Positions 1 to 7,907 of a stretch of DNA of 50,428 nucleotides are shown here, piece after piece. The first letter of the stretch is position 1, and every line of letters begins with the position of its first letter. Source of the stretch: a virus (Duplodnaviria > Caudoviricetes); IMG/VR virus record IMGVR_UViG_3300020044_002789, positions 1-50,428 of that record. One strand, 5' to 3'. Position numbers and translations under genes: made by a program. The notes under the pieces were generated by a model. It worked only from the letters and a program-made list of their open reading frames with translations. It made no database searches and was not told where the DNA came from.

Positions 1-121
1 TGTTTGTCAAGTCATTTTCGGTAACGATTTCGTTATAAACTTTTTTCGTGTTTTGGCACTTTTCGGGTTCAAAGTGTGGTTTACTTTTCTTGTCACCGAA
101 AGACGGAGACAGAAAGAAGAA
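1..121. repeat. Terminal direct repeat copy 1 (assembly circularisation overlap)
   Basis: Bases 1-121 are identical to 50308-50428. Confidence 0.95.
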
Positions 122-127
122 AAAGAA

Positions 128-292
128 ATGAACACTCTAACCGCCGTAGGAATCGCCTTGTTGGGTGCTTGCATCCTCGCCCTAGTTTCACCGCTTGCAG
201 TCTCGCCGGCTTTCGTTCTCGCCTTTCTTGGCGGTAATGGATTGCTAGCCATCGCCTTGGGTTCACTCGTGGCTTGGATGGAGCGCAACTAA
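128..292 (+). CDS. Small hydrophobic membrane protein
   Basis: ATG at 128, MNTLTAVGIALLGACILALVSP...; two hydrophobic stretches; stop overlaps next start. Confidence 0.6.
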   Translation: MNTLTAVGIALLGACILALVSPLAVSPAFVLAFLGGNGLLAIALGSLVAWMERN

Positions 293-420
293 TGAACACC
301 TGCCAACTTTGCGAAATCGAAACCGAAACCGATTTCATTGACGGAATCGAAACCTGTTTCGATTGCCAGAACCTAACCATTGACCTTGAAGAAATCGAAA
401 CCGAACAGGAAGAAAACTAA
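292..420 (+). CDS. Small acidic CxxC...CxxC protein (42 aa)
   Basis: Hand translation MNTCQLCEIETETDFIDGIETCFDCQNL...; TAATG coupling with upstream gene. Confidence 0.6.
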   Translation: MNTCQLCEIETETDFIDGIETCFDCQNLTIDLEEIETEQEEN

Positions 421-421
421 A

Positions 422-664
422 ATGATTACCCTGAAAGAAGCCCAACTAGCCCTAGCCCGTAGAGAATCGTTTGACGCTGGCAACCTATGGGCAAGAGACA
501 ACTTCGGCAGTTACGAGGTTTACAGTTACGCCCTGCTAATCGCTACTAGCCCAAGCATTGCTTACGCAAGCGCCGAACACTCAGAGGTGTTGGCTCAGGC
601 TTATGGCAGAAGCGTCACCACGAGCAAACACGCCAACATTGTGAAAAAGGCTTGGGGGATTTGA
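422..664 (+). CDS. Hypothetical early phage protein
   Basis: MITLKEAQLALARRESF...YEVYSY...SVTTSKH; packed tightly in operon. Confidence 0.7.
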   Translation: MITLKEAQLALARRESFDAGNLWARDNFGSYEVYSYALLIATSPSIAYASAEHSEVLAQAYGRSVTTSKHANIVKKAWGI

Positions 665-801
665 TGAGAGGCATCGCCCTGATGATTCTAGCCCTAGGCA
701 CAGCGCTACACGCTGGCGACACAGGCGACAGATTCGAGATGATTCTAGCCATCGCCCTTGTGATTCTATCCATCGCAACATTCAAGAAAGAAACGGAGTA
801 A
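664..801 (+). CDS. Small membrane protein (45 aa)
   Basis: MRGIALMILALGTALH...; TGATG coupling. Confidence 0.5.
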   Translation: MRGIALMILALGTALHAGDTGDRFEMILAIALVILSIATFKKETE

Positions 802-915
802 CAAGGTGAAACGCCCAGATTCAAACCGAACAATCCAAGCAAAAGCAAAGACCCTAACCCTAAAACAGAAACGCCAAGAAAAAGCCCTGATTACAGGCAG
901 AAAGAACAACCGCTA

Positions 916-1209
916 ATGACTACTATCAACCTAACGCCAACCAGAGCAGAACACGCCAGAATCACCGCCTACATTATGGCAAGCCACCTAAAGACAAGCA
1001 TCTCAGTTTTCGGGGATTACAGAAACTACACAGAGTTGGAGGAGAACGCCATCTTTGCAACTTGGAACGCCCTCGAACAGATTCACGAGACCTACAAAAT
1101 CGCCGGTATGGATTTCTGGCAGGATTGCCCAAAGGCTCACAAGGCTAACCTAATCGTGGCAACTCACAAGGGAATCCTTGAAGAGTTGACTGCACAAGCC
1201 AACAAGTAA
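916..1209 (+). CDS. Hypothetical protein
   Basis: 97-aa ORF in operon orientation. Confidence 0.65.
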   Translation: MTTINLTPTRAEHARITAYIMASHLKTSISVFGDYRNYTELEENAIFATWNALEQIHETYKIAGMDFWQDCPKAHKANLIVATHKGILEELTAQANK

Positions 1210-1215
1210 CAAACC

Positions 1216-1263
1216 GCCTAGCCCTTGGCAGGGTTCAAATCAGGTTCGATTCCTGACTAGGCA
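1216..1263 (+). ncRNA. Minimal tRNA-like element lacking an anticodon arm
   Basis: GCCTAG/CTAGGC closing stem, CCCT-TGGC-AGGG hairpin, TCAGG-TTCGATT-CCTGA canonical T-arm. Confidence 0.6.
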
Positions 1264-1264
1264 C

Positions 1265-1293
1265 TTGACAAATAAATAAAAAAATGCTAGGAT
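1265..1293 (+). promoter_or_regulatory. SigA-type promoter
   Basis: TTGACA-17 nt-TAGGAT with extended TG. Confidence 0.8.
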
Positions 1294-1381
1294 TCTTTTA
1301 TAAAGAAAAATAGCCCTTGAGTTTGGTCCGATACGCTCAGTTACAGAACGGCTCAAAATCCACCCTGCCCTTTTTATTTTC

Positions 1382-1674
1382 ATAACGATTTGGTAACATC
1401 GCTTGACACCGCGAGCGCTTTCTGCTAGACTTGGTTTGATACCCTTTTTCTGCCGACCTTTTTTTGAGGTTTTTTGAATAGTTTAGCACAGATTCCCCCG
1501 AATGTCAAGCCCTTTTTGGTAACGATTTTGTTATAAAAAAAACTTGACAAAAGCGTTTTTTTATGATAGGCTGGATTTGATACCCAAAAAATCTGCCGGC
1601 TTTTTTTGGGTTTTTTGTCTAGGCTACCACAAATCCCCCAGAATGTCAAGCGGTTTTGATAACGATTTGATAAC
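1382..1674. repeat. Two ~138-bp imperfect tandem units, each with face-to-face promoters, delimited by RTAAC-GATTTn-RTWAY boxes
   Basis: + promoters 1403-1431 (TTGACA-17-TAGACT) and 1544-1572 (TTGACA-17-TAGGCT); - promoters 1480-1508 (TTGACA-17-TAAACT) and 1621-1649 (TTGACA-17-TAGCCT); boxes at 1382, 1519 and 1659. Confidence 0.8.
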
Positions 1675-1893
1675 ATCACCAGCGCCTCGTAGAGACACTT
1701 TCAGGGCTTGCCGTATGTGATTACCCATAGAAGCACCTGAAGCCCTGTATCGGGCGCTAGTGGCTTCCTAGGGCATAGTGCCGATTTATGGCTTGACCAA
1801 AGTTTTTTCGATTTTATCGGCGTGTCGTTTTGACTTTTGCGTGAGAGTATGCAAGACTGTTCCCAACAACAAAGCAACACCACAGAAACAAAA

Positions 1894-1948
1894 GCGACAC
1901 GCCCGAGAATCAAATAGATTTGACAAAGTTTCAAAAGTGTGCTAAGTT
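1894..1948 (+). promoter_or_regulatory. SigA-type promoter with upstream GCGACACGCC box
   Basis: GCGACACGCC 1894-1903; TTGACA 1920-1925, 17 nt, TAAGTT 1943-1948. Confidence 0.8.
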
Positions 1949-1975
1949 TCTATCAACACCGAACAAAGGAAGAAA

Positions 1976-2188
1976 ATGCTAGACCAGAAAAAACTCGTAG
2001 ACATTGTAGACCGGATTTATGTAGTCACCGACATTATCTCGTCTTACGATTCGATGAACACCGACATAATCGAAGCCTACACAAGCCCAGAAGATTTGGC
2101 AGAAACCCTGTATTATGTCAATGACGCAATCCTGAACCTACTAGAGGCAAAGAAAATGATTCTAGCCCTGATGCAGAAAGAAGCCTAA
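1976..2188 (+). CDS. Hypothetical acidic protein
   Basis: ORF with ACAAAGGA RBS downstream of promoter. Confidence 0.7.
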   Translation: MLDQKKLVDIVDRIYVVTDIISSYDSMNTDIIEAYTSPEDLAETLYYVNDAILNLLEAKKMILALMQKEA

Positions 2189-2344
2189 ATGTCAATCAGT
2201 TACCGAAAGACAAGCCAAGGTGCTTGGGAGTTATCCGACATTGTGAACGGATACTTTCTAACCCGACAATATTTCTACTACACCAAGGCAGAGGCAACCG
2301 CCCTGTTCCGCCAAGAAATCAAAAAAGCCCGAAAGGATTCATAG
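2189..2344 (+). CDS. Hypothetical protein (51 aa)
   Basis: Hand translation MSISYRKTSQGAWELSDIVNGYFLTRQYFYYTKAEATALF...; abuts neighbours. Confidence 0.6.
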   Translation: MSISYRKTSQGAWELSDIVNGYFLTRQYFYYTKAEATALFRQEIKKARKDS

Positions 2345-2490
2345 TGCTAGACTGCCAGAAACTAGGCGACAACCATTCTGAAGACAAGGTAGCCTTGTAT
2401 TACGGAAGCGTAACGCCTTACTACCTATGCGGATTCCACGCAAAATACCTCAAGCCCAAAGATTACGAAACCCTAGCGAAAGGCGAATAG
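2344..2490 (+). CDS. Hypothetical protein
   Basis: GTG overlapping upstream TAG; MLDCQKLGDNH... Confidence 0.5.
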   Translation: MLDCQKLGDNHSEDKVALYYGSVTPYYLCGFHAKYLKPKDYETLAKGE

Positions 2491-2670
2491 ATGAAAACCT
2501 TTGTTCCCAACTCTTACCTAAAGGTGCTAAGATTATTTCTTCAAGGTGTTAGCCCTGCTAACATCCGAGAAGCCCACGAGGGATTTATCCCCGAAGAGCA
2601 ACTAACCGATTACCTAGCCGACATTTCAAAACGCTATGCCGATGTTATCAAATGGGAGAAAGAAGACTAA
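2491..2670 (+). CDS. Hypothetical protein (59 aa)
   Basis: MKTFVPNSYLKVLRLFLQG...; TAATG coupling to next gene. Confidence 0.55.
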   Translation: MKTFVPNSYLKVLRLFLQGVSPANIREAHEGFIPEEQLTDYLADISKRYADVIKWEKED

Positions 2671-3008
2671 TGAACCTAGAACAACTAACGGAACACTTGT
2701 ATCACTTGCAGGATGTCACCGCCGAGATTGAACACGATGACCTTGAACGCCTAGCCCGATTCATTGACAACAACTATTCGATTCGAGACTACATCCAACT
2801 CACCGATGAGATTGCCTCAATGATTCGTGATGAGGAAGACGCATATATCGGCACTTACGAAAGTGAAGCGGATTTTGCCCAGACCTATTTTGACGACACC
2901 TGCCAGACCATTCCGGATTGGGTAGTTGTTGATTGGCAAGCGACATTCGATTACTCGCTACAATACGATTTCATTTTTGAATCTGGATATGTTTGGAGAA
3001 ACTGCTAA
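2670..3008 (+). CDS. ardA: ArdA-like antirestriction (DNA mimic) protein
   Basis: Very acidic; DAYIGTYESEADFAQ...IPDWVVVDWQAT...YDFIFESGYVWRN resembles the ArdA C-terminal signature. Confidence 0.7.
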   Translation: MNLEQLTEHLYHLQDVTAEIEHDDLERLARFIDNNYSIRDYIQLTDEIASMIRDEEDAYIGTYESEADFAQTYFDDTCQTIPDWVVVDWQATFDYSLQYDFIFESGYVWRNC

Positions 3009-3127
3009 TGCCCGAATACTTTTGCCCAAACTGCTACAACTACAAAACCCACACCGCTATTAGCGGAGACAAATATTGTTCCTGTTGTGGTGAACCTGAA
3101 CACAAGTTTATTCGCCTAGCCCTCTAA
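3008..3127 (+). CDS. Small Zn-ribbon protein (39 aa)
   Basis: MPEYFCPNC...YCSCCGEP; TAATG coupling. Confidence 0.55.
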   Translation: MPEYFCPNCYNYKTHTAISGDKYCSCCGEPEHKFIRLAL

Positions 3128-3129
3128 AC

Positions 3130-3360
3130 CTTTATACTCTTATAATATTATTATAAATATATAATATTATTATTAGATAGGTATAGAAACCAAGTAATAT
3201 CGCATTGACCTTGTATCAAGTTATCCACAACCAAGGCAAAAAACCTGTGGATAACTGCCAAAGTGTTATGTTATTCTTTTATGTTTTATACAGAATCCCA
3301 TAACACTAAAACATAATAGATAGCGACATAACATAATCCACTGTTACCAAAATGTTATGA
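3130..3360. other. Putative replication origin (oriC-like)
   Basis: Non-coding; AT-only 13-mer TATAATATTATTA at 3141 and 3160; DnaA boxes TTATCCACA 3221-3229 and TGTGGATAA 3246-3254; clustered TGTTAT/ATAACA repeats 3263-3358. Confidence 0.7.
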
Positions 3361-3367
3361 AACTGAC

Positions 3368-3396
3368 TTGACAAACATAAAAGAATGTGCTATGGT
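3368..3396 (+). promoter_or_regulatory. SigA-type promoter
   Basis: TTGACA-17-TATGGT, TGTGC extended -10. Confidence 0.8.
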
Positions 3397-3423
3397 AGTA
3401 TCACAACCAACAAAGGAGAAATA

Positions 3424-3615
3424 ATGATTCTGAACAAAAATGCAGATTACATCGAGATGCCAGAGTTAGCAGAAGAGTTGTTGAAGCGTATTGAAGATTA
3501 CAAAAGGGAGCGAGCCTACAACGAGGGTAACCCGAAATGGCAGGTTTACCTAGACGGAGTTATCTCTGGCTACAAGAGTGTTCTAAGCGCTATCGGATAT
3601 GAGGAGGAAGACTAA
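3424..3615 (+). CDS. Hypothetical protein
   Basis: RBS ACAAAGGAG 3410-3418 favours ATG 3424 (MILNKNADY...). Confidence 0.7.
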   Translation: MILNKNADYIEMPELAEELLKRIEDYKRERAYNEGNPKWQVYLDGVISGYKSVLSAIGYEEED

Positions 3616-3989
3616 TGCCAGAAACATTTACAGTTAGCCGAGAGGTTTCTTACCCAGACCTATGGGAGATGGTATTCGGTTCAGACGGAAGCGGAATGAC
3701 CTATTGGTGTGACAAGATTCGCCAAGCCGATGGTAAAGGGATTGACCTTTACATCAAGCAGGATGGCGAGTTAGTGCCAAACCCACAAGACTTTCGGGTT
3801 CACGATGCAGAAGAAGACAAGTGGCACGATGTCACGCTAGAAGCCCTAGCGGAAGCATTTCGACACGCCGACAGAGAACACTTGACACATTGCGGATACT
3901 ATGCTATAACTGATATTGAACAAGCAGATGCTTGCAACGGAGATACCCTAGTGCAACTAGCGATTTGGAAGGAAGTTATTTATGGATAA
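3615..3989 (+). CDS. Hypothetical acidic protein
   Basis: 124-aa ORF ending DA..GD.LVQLAIWKEVIYG; TAATG coupling. Confidence 0.75.
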   Translation: MPETFTVSREVSYPDLWEMVFGSDGSGMTYWCDKIRQADGKGIDLYIKQDGELVPNPQDFRVHDAEEDKWHDVTLEALAEAFRHADREHLTHCGYYAITDIEQADACNGDTLVQLAIWKEVIYG

Positions 3990-4530
3990 CGCAATCGAGA
4001 TTGACGAGACGACACGAGTTGTTGTAACGCCAGATGAATCCGGATACAGTATTGAGGAATACCTAGGCGATGGCGTGGGTATCCAAACCCTGAGTGTGTC
4101 ACGCTACCTTTACGAGGTTAGCACGAGCGATGAGGTAACCAAGGTTGTCTCAAGGGTAAAGGATTCTATCCACTACCACAGTCACGATGATTACACAGAG
4201 AAGCGAGAGCGAGTTATCGGAGCGTGGCTAACTGCCAAGGGATACTCTTACGAGTTTGTAGGTCTTCAGGGCTACACACAGGGAGATTGGGCTGAGGTTG
4301 TAGTCTATGCCAAGGCAGACGAGATTGAGAGCCTGAAGCCTATTGTGAAAGATGTTCGAGCCTTGTGGCGTGGAGATGTTTACACGCTAACCTTGCAGAA
4401 GTCTAAAGTCTACACCGCCGAAGATGGAGACATCTTGACCGATTGGGAATGGATAGATGCAATCGGAGGAGTTATTCTGCACAATGAGGAGGATGCAGAA
4501 AAATATGCCAGAGAGATTTTCTCACTATAA
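3982..4530 (+). CDS. Hypothetical acidic protein (GYTQGDW motif)
   Basis: 182-aa ORF overlapping upstream stop. Confidence 0.75.
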   Translation: MDNAIEIDETTRVVVTPDESGYSIEEYLGDGVGIQTLSVSRYLYEVSTSDEVTKVVSRVKDSIHYHSHDDYTEKRERVIGAWLTAKGYSYEFVGLQGYTQGDWAEVVVYAKADEIESLKPIVKDVRALWRGDVYTLTLQKSKVYTAEDGDILTDWEWIDAIGGVILHNEEDAEKYAREIFSL

Positions 4531-4531
4531 C

Positions 4532-4560
4532 TTGACAAACAAACAAAAGTGTGCTAGGGT
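4532..4560 (+). promoter_or_regulatory. SigA-type promoter
   Basis: TTGACA-17-TAGGGT, TGTGC extended -10. Confidence 0.8.
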
Positions 4561-4584
4561 AATATCACAAACAAAGGAGATACT

Positions 4585-4785
4585 ATGACAATGACAATCA
4601 AGCAACTAAAGATTCAGGCAGAGCGCCAACTGCTAGAAGACTTGCAAGACATCACTTGGTTCGACAACGATGGCATTTCAATCGGCATAGATTGGATGAC
4701 AAACACTATTGTGGTGGCAGACATCGAACACCCTGATGGCGCAACAATCGAAATCGGCACTTTCTCAGACCTACGAGCAATCTAA
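4585..4785 (+). CDS. Hypothetical protein
   Basis: RBS ACAAAGGAG 4571-4579. Confidence 0.7.
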   Translation: MTMTIKQLKIQAERQLLEDLQDITWFDNDGISIGIDWMTNTIVVADIEHPDGATIEIGTFSDLRAI

Positions 4786-4800
4786 CAAAGGAGACTAACA

Positions 4801-5739
4801 ATGACTACATTTGAAGAGCGTTTCAAACTAGCCACGAAGCAACTCAAGGCTAGCGGTATCAAGGTTTATCGCAATGTTCAAGGATGTTGCAGAAGTTGTA
4901 TCGGTAGCGATAAGTTTGACAATCCAACCGAGCCGATTATCTGGCACTACGGAGGTCAGGGTAGCCGGATTACCCTAGATGGCGATGTTGTCTACGACAA
5001 AGAAAACGGCTATGTTTCGCATATCTATTTCAACCACGACAACCTGAGTGATAGCCACAAGGAGATGCTTGTGAACATCTTCACTCTAAACGGAATCGTG
5101 CTTGATTGGGATAAGTCTAACGCCCAATGTATCTGTGTCAAGCCACAACTTTCTGTGGAACACCGAACAGACGAAGAGCAAGCGCATTTGGTGAACGAGA
5201 TGCTGAACAAGTATTCTATGACCTACGATGAGATGTTTAGTTACCGCAACAGACAGTTGTTCAACTCTCTGTGGTCACTATACATCTCTGCCGATGGTGT
5301 TGTTGAGAGTTGGTTCAAGTCACAACGAGATTCGATTGACGCTGAAGCCAAGCGAGTAGCCGAATACGAGGAGCGAGAGCGAGTAGCCAAGGAGCAGGAA
5401 GCCTTGACCGAACGCTTGCTAGCGGTTGTCAAGCACAATGACATCGAGCGCTTTGCCCTGTGGTTGCGAGTTACTAGGGTTCACTTAGCCGAGAGCGACA
5501 TCGAAAATGCCGGTGTGCTACTCTGTGCCTTGGAAGAGGCTGGATTCGTTGGTGCTTACTCAGACCTAGACGACTTGGCTATCGAACACTATGCCGAAGA
5601 GTTGAAGTCTATCCCGAAGTATTTCAGGGAGAAGATTCGACTTAGCGACATCCGCTATGACCTGATGCAACAGGTCTACACCTATGGCAGAAAAGCCAAT
5701 AGATATTCAGAACCAAACTATGTATGGAAGAGAAAGTAG
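4801..5739 (+). CDS. Multidomain early protein: N-terminal CCxxC domain, C-terminal ArdA-like segment
   Basis: GCCRSC motif; C-terminal FVGAYSDLDDLAIEHYAEELKSIPKYF...IRYDL; RBS ACAAAGGAG 4785-4793. Confidence 0.7.
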   Translation: MTTFEERFKLATKQLKASGIKVYRNVQGCCRSCIGSDKFDNPTEPIIWHYGGQGSRITLDGDVVYDKENGYVSHIYFNHDNLSDSHKEMLVNIFTLNGIVLDWDKSNAQCICVKPQLSVEHRTDEEQAHLVNEMLNKYSMTYDEMFSYRNRQLFNSLWSLYISADGVVESWFKSQRDSIDAEAKRVAEYEERERVAKEQEALTERLLAVVKHNDIERFALWLRVTRVHLAESDIENAGVLLCALEEAGFVGAYSDLDDLAIEHYAEELKSIPKYFREKIRLSDIRYDLMQQVYTYGRKANRYSEPNYVWKRK

Positions 5740-5746
5740 AATGGAC

Positions 5747-5775
5747 TTGACAATGGATGAAATGTATGGTAGTGT
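5747..5775 (+). promoter_or_regulatory. SigA-type promoter
   Basis: TTGACA-17-TAGTGT with TGG extension. Confidence 0.65.
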
Positions 5776-5861
5776 GAATGAGTTGGAGCAACTGATTCTG
5801 GTTCTGGAGAGCCACTTTGAATCAGAAAGCGGATGGAACACCCTAGCGATTGGAGCAAGCA

Positions 5862-6212
5862 ATGACTGAAGTAATGTTTACCAAGGTTGAATCAGAAGCG
5901 CTAAGCGATATGATTTACTATGCAACTCAAAACTGTATGTTCGATGAGGATGTTGCGCTATACAACTCTATCGCTGAGAAGTTGGATAAGGTTGTCAAGG
6001 TTGAGAAGCCAGATGTCAAGAAGTATGTGACTGTCAATATCACGATGGAGTATGAGTTGGATGCCTTGCGGTTTATGGAGGGTGTTCACTTCCCTGAAAC
6101 ACAGTTTATCGAGCGAGCCAAGGATTACTGTGCCGAAGACTTGCGAAGCCTCATCCGAGACGAAGACCTAGGCACTTTTGCAACTATCAACTACGAAGAG
6201 AGGAGCGCATAA
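5862..6212 (+). CDS. Hypothetical protein
   Basis: GGAG RBS favours MTEVMFTK start. Confidence 0.7.
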   Translation: MTEVMFTKVESEALSDMIYYATQNCMFDEDVALYNSIAEKLDKVVKVEKPDVKKYVTVNITMEYELDALRFMEGVHFPETQFIERAKDYCAEDLRSLIRDEDLGTFATINYEERSA

Positions 6213-6472
6213 TGCACAAGACTTTTGATGAGATGGTGGCTCTAGCGTTGTCTATTGACCCACTTGCTGAGGTTCACGAGACCGACACAGACCCAAGTTA
6301 CTACATCATCTACACTTCCTACGAGGTAAAGGCGGACTAATGGTAACATTCCCCGAAGCCTGTGTGTGGTGTGATGCGAAGAATATGGATTGGAACGCTA
6401 GTTTCAATGGCAAAGATATCTGTAATGATTGCGAAGAGGATAACCTTGAAGCACTAGAAAAGGAGCGAGTAA

Positions 6473-6724
6473 ATGAGTAACATTGTTAGACACCACGACC
6501 TTTGGGTTACCGAGGATGGCACTTTCGGTCAGGGAGACATCCTGCTGTTCGACACGCAACATTGGACTGACGAGGACTGGAACGACTTTGATGAAGACGA
6601 GGCTGGAGACCCTTACTCGTTGGCTATCGAGATTACAAACCGGATTGAGCGTGAGCGCTCGCTGGTTGTGATTGAGCAGTTGCAGGATGGTTCAAGCGAT
6701 TTGACTTTTGAAAGCGAGGAGTAG
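6473..6724 (+). CDS. Hypothetical highly acidic protein
   Basis: AAGGAG RBS; D/E-rich. Confidence 0.7.
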   Translation: MSNIVRHHDLWVTEDGTFGQGDILLFDTQHWTDEDWNDFDEDEAGDPYSLAIEITNRIERERSLVVIEQLQDGSSDLTFESEE

Positions 6725-6726
6725 TT

Positions 6727-6984
6727 ATGCAGGGTATTCAGATTGAGAATGTTCCTATCAAGTGGCTTGAAGGCGATGGCAAGTGGCATTGGCACAACAT
6801 CGGTTCGTTTATGACCGAAGAGGCTTACATCGAGTTTGATGCTAGACTGCAAGCAGGAGACCCTGAAATGATTGCTTTGGATGATGGCGTGATTTTCTGG
6901 TCACACCATTACGATGGCGAACGCCTGAGTGACCTAAGCGTGCCAACAGGTTATGCAGACTTCATCGTGAACCTGAACGAATAG
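6727..6984 (+). CDS. Hypothetical protein
   Basis: GAGGAG RBS; 85-aa ORF. Confidence 0.7.
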   Translation: MQGIQIENVPIKWLEGDGKWHWHNIGSFMTEEAYIEFDARLQAGDPEMIALDDGVIFWSHHYDGERLSDLSVPTGYADFIVNLNE

Positions 6985-6986
6985 AT

Positions 6987-7015
6987 TTGACAAACAAAGA
7001 AAAGTGTGCTACGCT
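6987..7015 (+). promoter_or_regulatory. SigA-type promoter
   Basis: TTGACA-17-TACGCT, TGTGC extended -10. Confidence 0.8.
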
Positions 7016-7041
7016 TGTAGCACAAGAGATAAGGAGAGCAA

Positions 7042-7242
7042 ATGCCTAAGTTTACTATCGTGGCAAAGCAAATCAACTATATGCAGATTGAAGTAGAAGC
7101 AGAGGACTTTGAAGATGCACAGGATATTTATTACGACACCGAAGATTTCATTGAGACCGATTTTACTCGTGTATCAAGTGAGTGGAATCTATGGAGTATC
7201 ACAGACGAAAACGGAGTAGAGGAGGAGTATTACTTTGACTAA
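7042..7242 (+). CDS. Small acidic protein with EVEAExxEEA-type motif (DpnD/PcfM-like)
   Basis: MPKFTIVAKQINYMQIEVEAEDFEDA; AAGGAG RBS. Confidence 0.7.
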   Translation: MPKFTIVAKQINYMQIEVEAEDFEDAQDIYYDTEDFIETDFTRVSSEWNLWSITDENGVEEEYYFD

Positions 7243-7420
7243 GTTTACTATTCATCAAAAGGCTAGCATTTACTTTGAGGTAGAAGTAGAAGCCGAAAGC
7301 CTATCGGAAGCCATCCTGCTTGCAGATGAAAGCAGTGAATGGGTTCAGACCGAGGCAATCGAAATGGAAGACGAGTATTGGTATTCAACTGATGGCTACG
7401 AGTGGGAGGAAGTAAAGTAA
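7235..7420 (+). CDS. Paralog of upstream small acidic protein
   Basis: MTKFTIHQKASIYFEVEVEAESLSEA; GAGGAG RBS, TTG start. Confidence 0.7.
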   Translation: MTKFTIHQKASIYFEVEVEAESLSEAILLADESSEWVQTEAIEMEDEYWYSTDGYEWEEVK

Positions 7421-7894
7421 ATGGGACTAGATATGTATTTGGAGGCACGCAAGAGTGTTTCAAACTGGCAGGTTAGCGATGCAAGCGACAAGACTGCTTT
7501 CAATGTTATCATTGAGGCTGTTGGTCTAAGCGTTGAAGACATTGACTCAGACTTCCCTGTCGTTGGTGTTGAGTTGAATGTCGGCTACTGGCGCAAGGCT
7601 AACCAGATTCACCGCTGGTTTGTTGATGAGGTTCAGGATGGCGAAGATGATTGCAGGTCTTACTATGTGAGCCGAGAGCAACTTGAAGACTTGTTTGCCC
7701 TGTGTGATGAAGTATCGGTAATCCACTCGAACGCTGAAGAGTTGTTGCCGGTGGCATCCGGAATGTTCTTTGGTTCGTATGAGTATGACGAATGGTATTT
7801 CGAGCAGGTTGAAGACACGAAAAAAATGTTGCGTAAGATACTTGACAATCCGAAGTTGAGTGGCTATGATTTATATTACAGGTCTAGTTGGTAG
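7421..7894 (+). CDS. Conserved phage protein of unknown function (MGLDMYL...YWRKANQIH family)
   Basis: Recognisable motifs MGLDMYL, YWRKANQIHRWF, VQDGEDDC, FFGSYEYD, YYRSSW. Confidence 0.8.
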   Translation: MGLDMYLEARKSVSNWQVSDASDKTAFNVIIEAVGLSVEDIDSDFPVVGVELNVGYWRKANQIHRWFVDEVQDGEDDCRSYYVSREQLEDLFALCDEVSVIHSNAEELLPVASGMFFGSYEYDEWYFEQVEDTKKMLRKILDNPKLSGYDLYYRSSW

Positions 7895-7907
7895 AGAGGA
7901 GACTACA

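Noticed and set aside
1300-1380. Structured RNA or ribozyme downstream of promoter 1265
   Set aside because: Only a weak TTGAGTT/GGCTCAA stem and no recognisable catalytic core, though a short transcript is plausible.
1382-1674. Repeats as a CRISPR or mini-array
   Set aside because: The units are degenerate along their whole length and are explained by promoter and operator motifs, not constant repeats with unique spacers.
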